Shown: piece after piece, positions 58,785-64,000 of the stretch
Layout: each line of letters opens with the position of its first letter
How positions within the stretch are numbered: position 1 is the first letter of the stretch
NCBI GenBank assembly: GCA_003137075.1
Contig: PLES01000052.1
Location: forward strand, 10,017-74,016
Origin: Solirubrobacterales bacterium
Lineage (GTDB): Bacteria > Actinomycetota > Thermoleophilia > Solirubrobacterales > Solirubrobacteraceae
DNA: 64,000 nt
Reading direction: 5' to 3'
The notes under the pieces: generated by a model
Told to the model about the DNA's origin: nothing
The model's input: the letters and a program-made list of their open reading frames with translations, nothing else
Database searches by the model: none
Made by a program: the position numbers and the translations under genes

Positions 58785-59969
58785 TCAAGCGACCTGGGTT
58801 GGCTTGTTGGCAAGCCACTGCGACGTGCAGGGAATCTTGCTGACATCGCAGCGGTCTGCGTAAGCGGTCGCGATCTCCGTGACTTCCTTCAGAAGGTCGT
58901 CCTGGAGGCGGATCGGATCCAGGCCGAGTTCCAGTAGATGGTTGTTCTTGACGAACAGGTCGTTCTCAGCGTCTTCCTTGCGCGGATTGTCGACGTAGTC
59001 GATCTCAGCGCCGGTGATGCTCGAGACCAGCGTCGCCAGCTCGCGTACGCGATGCGTCTCGGTCATCTGGTTGAAGACTTGAACGCGCTCCCCGTGGGCC
59101 GGGGGGTTCTCAACGGCCAGCTGGATGCAACGCACGGTGTCCTGAACGTGAATGAACGCGCGTGTCTGGCCGCCGGTGCCGTGCACGGTTAGCGGGTAGC
59201 CGACCGCTGCCTGCATCAGGAAGCGATTCAGCACCGTGCCGTAGTCGCCGTCGTAGTCAAAGCGGTTGATCAGGCGCTCGTCCAGACGCGTCTCGTCGGT
59301 CTGCGTGCCCCAGACGATGCCCTGGTGCAGGTCCGTAACGCGGATCGCGTCGTTCTTGTTGTAGAACGCGAACATCAGCTGATCCTGGGTCTTGGTCATG
59401 TGGTAGACGCTGCCCGGGTTGACCGGGTAGAGGATCTCCTGCTCAACCTGACCACCGTCGTCGGTGTCGATCTTGATCCGCAGGTACCCCTCGGGGATCT
59501 TGATGCCGGCGGTGCCGTAGCCGTAAACGCCCATCGTGCCGAGGTGGACGATGTGACAGTCCAGGCCCGACTCGACAACCGCTGCCAGCAGGTTGTGCGT
59601 TGCGCCGACGTTGTTGTTGACCGTGTAGCGCTTGTGGTAGGAGCTCTTCATCGAGTACGGCGCCGCGCGCTGCTCGGCGAAGTGCACCACCGCGTCGGGG
59701 CGGAACTCGTTGAGCAGGTCCAGCATGACGCGGTAGTTCTCCGCCACGTCAAAGCGGTAGAAGGCGATCTCACGACCCGTGAGTTCCTGCCATGCCGCAA
59801 GCCGCGTACCGATCGGCTTGATCGGCGTCAGCGAATCGACCTCAAGCTCAATGTCGATTTCGCGACGGGACAGGTTGTCGACGATGGCGACTTCGTGGCC
59901 CTGGGCCGAAAGATGCAGCGACGTCGGCCAGCCGCAGAAACCGTCTCCGCCTAGGATCAAGATACGCAA
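58785..59969 (-). CDS. sqdB: UDP-sulfoquinovose synthase homolog (SQD1/SqdB/Agl3 family)
   Basis: 394 aa, TTG start after AAGGAG. The diagnostic blocks I recall from SQD1/SqdB are all present: GGDGFCGW, VDNLSRR, FAEQRAAPYSM, HLGTMGVYG, YHMTKTQD, RVTDLHQGIVWG, DYDGDYGTVLNRF, LTVHGTGGQTRAF and VFNQMTE. Confidence 0.8.
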   Translation of the reverse strand: MRILILGGDGFCGWPTSLHLSAQGHEVAIVDNLSRREIDIELEVDSLTPIKPIGTRLAAWQELTGREIAFYRFDVAENYRVMLDLLNEFRPDAVVHFAEQRAAPYSMKSSYHKRYTVNNNVGATHNLLAAVVESGLDCHIVHLGTMGVYGYGTAGIKIPEGYLRIKIDTDDGGQVEQEILYPVNPGSVYHMTKTQDQLMFAFYNKNDAIRVTDLHQGIVWGTQTDETRLDERLINRFDYDGDYGTVLNRFLMQAAVGYPLTVHGTGGQTRAFIHVQDTVRCIQLAVENPPAHGERVQVFNQMTETHRVRELATLVSSITGAEIDYVDNPRKEDAENDLFVKNNHLLELGLDPIRLQDDLLKEVTEIATAYADRCDVSKIPCTSQWLANKPTQVA

Positions 59970-60442
59970 GAGAACTCCTTCGAACGCTAAAACTGTCGGC
60001 GCAGCGCCTCGAGAACTCAGATGCGCTGCGGTTGGGGAGCCGGCGCAGTCCAGTGCGGGGCACTCGGACTGGCACGGACACGGTCTATTGAGGCGTCATG
60101 ATACGACGAGAATGGGCGTTAGGGCGCGAATCGCATTGAATCCCTTTACGCGCGGTTGACACTCCTGGTTATGATCGGCGTCGATCGGTGGCACGGGGCG
60201 CCGCTTCAGGGTGTAGTAACGCGCGCGTTCTGGCCTCGCGCGTGAGCGCGAGCTTGCCCAATCGGCTATTCTGCGCGGCAACACGCTACGCGTGGAAGCT
60301 TTATCCGTAAGTCCATCTCCGGCATCGGCTGCGGTCGGGCGTCTAGCGGTCAGCTAGCACCGGGGACGCCCAACGACTCGAAGGCAGTTAGGAACCCCCA
60401 AATGCGAATCCTTGTTCTAGGCGCCGCCGTATCGGCAAAAGC

Positions 60443-61420
60443 GTGAGTAGCCTCGCTGGCCAGCGGGTGCTGGTGACGGGTGGTTCCGGCTTCATCGGCC
60501 GGCATGTCGTTGCGACCCTCGCGGACGCCGGTGCTTCTGTACGAGTAGTCGACCTGCTGCCCCATCCCGACCCCGAGGTCGAAGTCGTGCTCGGTGACAT
60601 CGCCGACGTGACGACGATTGATGCCGCCTATGAAGGCGGCATCGACTATGTGGTGCACCTCGCTGCTGTGACATCTGTCCTGAAGTCGATTCAGCAGCCC
60701 GAGTTGACGTACCAGACCAACGTCGCCGGAACCCATCGGGTGCTGGAGGGGGCGCGCGCAGCCGGTGTGAAGGCCTTCGTGCTGGCTTCGACCAACGCCG
60801 TCACCGGTCCGATGGACGATCCCAAGATCACCGAGCGTGCACGCCTGCGTCCACTCACTCCCTACGGCGCCAGCAAGGCCGCCGGCGAGATGATGATGTC
60901 GGCTTACACAGCGGTGTACGGCGTCCGCTGCACCGCGATCCGCCTGACTAACGTTTACGGACTCGGCATGCAGGCAAAGGACAGCATCGTCGCCCGCCTG
61001 ATGCGTGCGATCCGGCTTGGCAACGGCTTCGAGGTCTACGGCGACGGGCTACAGGTTCGTGACTACGTGAACGTGACCGATGTGGTCAGCGCGGCAAAGC
61101 TGGCGCTGACCGATGAGCGTTGGTCAGGCCCGGTCGTGATCGGATACGGCGAGTCGATCTCCGTGTTGGATGTGATCGACGAGGTGCTCGGCGTGACCGG
61201 AGCCGAGCTCAGCGTCTCGCACGGGACCGCGCGCGCCGGCGAGATGCCGGCCGTGATCGTCGACACCGCCAACGCGCAGACGCTCGGCTGGACACCTTCG
61301 CTGGACTTCCACGCGGGCGTCACCGGCGTCTGGCAGGAGTGGAGCTCGCTCTCGCTCGACGCACCCGCGTTCCAAGGCGCATCCGCTCCGCTGGTAGTCG
61401 CACCCGCCGCAGCTGCGTAG
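60443..61420 (+). CDS. NAD-dependent epimerase/dehydratase (extended SDR, UDP-hexose 4-epimerase-like)
   Basis: 325 aa, GTG start, with VLVTGGSGFIGRH, the catalytic YGASKAAGE and VYGDGLQVRDYV. Confidence 0.85.
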   Translation: MSSLAGQRVLVTGGSGFIGRHVVATLADAGASVRVVDLLPHPDPEVEVVLGDIADVTTIDAAYEGGIDYVVHLAAVTSVLKSIQQPELTYQTNVAGTHRVLEGARAAGVKAFVLASTNAVTGPMDDPKITERARLRPLTPYGASKAAGEMMMSAYTAVYGVRCTAIRLTNVYGLGMQAKDSIVARLMRAIRLGNGFEVYGDGLQVRDYVNVTDVVSAAKLALTDERWSGPVVIGYGESISVLDVIDEVLGVTGAELSVSHGTARAGEMPAVIVDTANAQTLGWTPSLDFHAGVTGVWQEWSSLSLDAPAFQGASAPLVVAPAAAA

Positions 61421-61443
61421 GAACCGGTCAACAGCACTCACCC

Positions 61444-62319
61444 GTGCGTTGCCAGAGCTCAGATCAGCCGGTGGTGCTTGACGATGATCTGATCATCGCC
61501 GGCGACAATCTGCCGGTGCTCGCGGCGCTGCCGCGGGGCGCGTTTGACCTGATCTATCTCGATCCTCCGTTCAATACCGGGCGTGCCCAGACGCGCGACT
61601 CGCTGGAGGTCACGCGCGTGACTGAGGGTGGGCCCGAGGGCGACCGCAATGGCTTCGCTGGGCGTCGCTACGAGTCGCGGCTGCTGCAGAGCCTCAGCTA
61701 TGACGACGTCTTCGGCGACTACCTGGGCTTTCTCGAGCCCCGACTGCGCGCCTGCCGGGAGCTGCTGGCGCCGCACGGGACCCTGTACTTCCATATCGAC
61801 TACCGGGAAGCGCATTACTGCAAGCTGCTGCTCGACGAGATCTTCGGCCGTGACGCGTTTCTGAACGAGCTGATCTGGGCGTATGACTACGGCGCCAAGC
61901 CGCGCCGGCGCTGGCCCGCCAAGCACGACACGATCTTCGTCTACGTGCGCACCCCCGGCGCGCACCACTACGACAGCGAGGCGGTGGACCGCGAGCCCTA
62001 CATGGCTCCGGGGTTGGTCACAGCGGAGAAGGCGGCGCGCGGAAAGCGCCCCACCGATGTCTGGTTCCACACGATCGTGCCGACCAACGGTCGCGAGAAA
62101 ACCGGCTACCCGACCCAGAAGCCAGAAGGGGTACTGCGCCGGATCGTGGCTGCGTCCTCAAAGCCCGGCGGCTGGTGCCTTGATCCGTTCGCCGGCTCGG
62201 GCACACTCGGCGCCGTCTGCCAGAAGCTTGACCGCCGCTTCGTGCTGGTCGACTCCAGCGCGACCGCGATCGACGTGATGCAGCGACGGCTGTCAGGCGC
62301 TGGCGTAGCGGCTGATTAG
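61444..62319 (+). CDS. Beta-class (motif IV before motif I) N6-adenine/N4-cytosine DNA methyltransferase, no cognate nuclease seen
   Basis: IYLDPPFNTG (motif IV, DPPY-type) lies N-terminal, with TQKPEGVLRRIV and LDPFAGSGTLG (motif I) C-terminal. This is the same layout as CcrM/PF01555 enzymes. The start is uncertain (GTG at 61444, 61471 or 61474; the longest ORF starts at 61120 and overlaps the epimerase). Confidence 0.8.
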   Translation: MRCQSSDQPVVLDDDLIIAGDNLPVLAALPRGAFDLIYLDPPFNTGRAQTRDSLEVTRVTEGGPEGDRNGFAGRRYESRLLQSLSYDDVFGDYLGFLEPRLRACRELLAPHGTLYFHIDYREAHYCKLLLDEIFGRDAFLNELIWAYDYGAKPRRRWPAKHDTIFVYVRTPGAHHYDSEAVDREPYMAPGLVTAEKAARGKRPTDVWFHTIVPTNGREKTGYPTQKPEGVLRRIVAASSKPGGWCLDPFAGSGTLGAVCQKLDRRFVLVDSSATAIDVMQRRLSGAGVAAD

Positions 62320-63603
62320 CGGCTCGACCCGAGCTTCCAGATCCTCGCTGGAGAGCCCGGGGATCTCAAAGCTCGCATCCCCGTGCTTGGTCCGCACGAC
62401 GATCCGGGACTGCGTGCGAGCCTGGCGTCGCAGGCGCCCGCGCACAGCGATCACCTCAAGCGCGTCGATCTCGTTCCAGTGCAGCCGGCCGATGATCTCG
62501 CCCTGAGGCTGCAGAATGTCGAGCCCGCTCTCTGAGATTCGTAGATCGAGGCCATCGCGCCCGGTTGGCAGGTTCGCGACGCCGCCGAGGTGGTAAGCCA
62601 AGACTTGGAGGTTTTCGTCCGGCGGCGGTGGGTAGTCGGTGTGCTCGCCGCCGTAGTTTTCGCCGTACGACTCAGGCGCGGCAATCGGCGCGAGCTCTTC
62701 CGGCGCGGCCGCAGTGGCCGGCTCGACGGCCGGCGCCTCGCGTGTCTCCAGTGCCAGCGAGCCAGTGAGCTCAGGTGCCAGGTCGTCAAGAGGATGTGCC
62801 TGCGTCGGCTCGCCCACCCACGCCGGCTCGGGCGGCGTCTCTTCGGCCTCGGGCTCGTAAGGAACCTGATCCAGTACCGGCGGCGCAGCTTCTTCGATCT
62901 CATCCGGGATCGCCTCGTAGCTGCCAACCTCATACTCAAGCGGTTCCGGGGGTGGCAGCAGCTCGAAGATCGCGTCGTCAGCTTCGACGGCTTCCAGCTC
63001 GCCTGTGGCACCGTGCTCCTCCGGCTCGTCGATCACCATCTCCGGCTGCACCGGCACCGGCCCAGGCTGCTCGTCGATCGGCGTCGGCTCGGGCAGCAGT
63101 TCGACGTAAGTCTCGTCTGCCTGCACCGCTTCAAGGTGTGCGCCCGCTTCAAATACGCCGGCCGCCGGACCGTTCGCAACCGGCTCGGGCTCTGACTGCG
63201 CTACCGGCTCCGACGCTACCGGCTCGCGATCGGCCGCTACCGGCTCCGGGGCGGGCGGTGGTACCGGACGCGCAACCAGCTCCGCCAGGCTGGCCTCGTA
63301 AGACGGTGCGCCAAGCTGCTCCTGGGCCTGCCTGACAGCGGGGTGCGTCAGCGCCTCGGCGAGGCTGACGCCGAGCTCTTCAGACGCGACACTGGCCAGG
63401 GCACGACGCCACTGCAAGCCGTCGGATCGATCCGCCGCCGACTGCACCAGCACCTCGATCCGCTCGCTGTCCAACGAGACGATGTCCGAATGCGATGCGG
63501 CCGCATCCGCATATGCCTTGCGCAGCCGCTCGACGAGTGCATCCCGTCCGCGGGCCGCGATCCGATCGGCGAGCGTCGCGTGCGTTCCGTTCGCGTCCGT
63601 CAC
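62293..63603 (-). CDS. Hypothetical acidic Pro/Glu-rich protein with a folded C-terminal beta-rich domain
   Basis: 436 aa with an N-terminal helical region of about 100 aa and about 230 aa of acidic low complexity carrying EPVA-type repeats. The C-terminal roughly 100 aa read LQVLAYHLGG...LDILQPQGEIIGRLHWNEIDALEV...VVRTKHGDASFEI (PH/GRAM-like pattern). The start overlaps the E2 stop. Confidence 0.5.
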   Translation of the reverse strand: MTDANGTHATLADRIAARGRDALVERLRKAYADAAASHSDIVSLDSERIEVLVQSAADRSDGLQWRRALASVASEELGVSLAEALTHPAVRQAQEQLGAPSYEASLAELVARPVPPPAPEPVAADREPVASEPVAQSEPEPVANGPAAGVFEAGAHLEAVQADETYVELLPEPTPIDEQPGPVPVQPEMVIDEPEEHGATGELEAVEADDAIFELLPPPEPLEYEVGSYEAIPDEIEEAAPPVLDQVPYEPEAEETPPEPAWVGEPTQAHPLDDLAPELTGSLALETREAPAVEPATAAAPEELAPIAAPESYGENYGGEHTDYPPPPDENLQVLAYHLGGVANLPTGRDGLDLRISESGLDILQPQGEIIGRLHWNEIDALEVIAVRGRLRRQARTQSRIVVRTKHGDASFEIPGLSSEDLEARVEPLISRYASA

Positions 63604-64000
63604 GCCCGAGCCTCTTCGAGGTGGGCCTTGACTTCCTCCAGGAACGCGGCCGCGTGGTGGCCGTAGACGATCCGGTGGTCGACTGAAAGCGCGAGCTGCA
63701 TCATCCGGCCGGCGACGACCTCACCATGACGAATCACGGGTACGTCGCGGATCGGGCCGGCGGCCAGCGCCCCGGCCTGCGGGCTGATGATCATCGGTGT
63801 GAGCGCGACGATGTCGTAGGCAGATGAATCGACGACCGTGAAGGTCGCACCGGTGAGCTCCGCCGAACGCAACTCGCCCTCACGCGCGCGCACGTAATAG
63901 CCGGCGAGCTCGTTCGCGATCTCAAGTTCTGTCTTTTCATCGGCGTCGAAGATCGTCGGCGTCACGTAGATACCCTGCTCGACGATCGTGACGCCGACGT
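63600..64000 (-). CDS. 2-oxoacid dehydrogenase E2 acyltransferase, C-terminal catalytic domain (5' part outside the window)
   Basis: GATFTVVDSSAYDI...TPMIISPQAGALAAG...LALSVDHRIVYGHHAAAFL contains the DHR active-site motif. The reading frame stays open to the window edge. Confidence 0.75.
   Translation of the reverse strand, partial: VGVTIVEQGIYVTPTIFDADEKTELEIANELAGYYVRAREGELRSAELTGATFTVVDSSAYDIVALTPMIISPQAGALAAGPIRDVPVIRHGEVVAGRMMQLALSVDHRIVYGHHAAAFLEEVKAHLEEARA

Noticed and set aside
60156-60175. TTGACA (60156-60161) and TATGAT (60170-60175) as a sigma-70 promoter in the sqdB/epimerase intergenic region.
   Set aside because: The spacer is only 8 nt, far from the 16-18 nt needed. The two hexamers cannot act as one promoter.
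60096-60284. 62 aa ORF in the 473 bp sqdB/epimerase intergenic region.
   Set aside because: It is Arg-rich, has no RBS or motif, and has poor codon character. It is more likely untranslated control region.

Overview
High-GC (about 65-70%) chromosomal replication-origin region with actinobacterial-type synteny, possibly Thermoleophilia- or Rubrobacteria-like (inference only). Gene orientation flips at about 11.5 kb. To the left, on the minus strand, are rpmH-rnpA-yidD-yidC-jag, a small LAGLIDADG-like gene, rsmG-parA-parB, tRNA-Ile, and then a phosphatase, a GntR regulator and a CUT2-type ABC transporter. To the right, on the plus strand, are dnaA-dnaN-recF-DUF721(DciA-like)-gyrB-gyrA. A minus-strand block follows (HNH endonuclease, pheA, DUF4446, a membrane protein). 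Next comes the conserved cell-division and wall signalling operon: STPK-fhaA-fhaB-PP2C-rodA/ftsW-pbpA-pknB(4 PASTA)-ddl, with start/stop overlaps at the four junctions from the PP2C gene to pknB and at pknB-ddl. From about 40.6 to 61.4 kb lies an envelope-glycan region. It holds a DedA-UppP-GT-C-like-PurM operon and a roughly 15 kb plus-strand cluster encoding a PglF/E/D/C-like (bacillosamine-type) enzyme set, a DUF354-like protein, a Wzx flippase and three glycosyltransferases. A LytR_C protein, a UDP-sulfoquinovose-synthase homolog and an epimerase complete the region. The window ends with an orphan beta-class DNA methyltransferase, an acidic repeat protein and a partial E2 acyltransferase. 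No CRISPR array, rRNA, integrase or transposase was seen. The items most worth follow-up are: (1) the free-standing LAGLIDADG-like ORF inside the ori-proximal operon; (2) a roughly 250 nt structured 3' region after the HNH gene, with an extended Shine-Dalgarno sequence and a 14-codon ORF; (3) a perfect 17 bp inverted repeat kept in frame inside a GT2 gene; (4) the combination of bacillosamine-type and sulfoquinovose-type genes. All functional calls come from motif recognition by eye; no database search was run.
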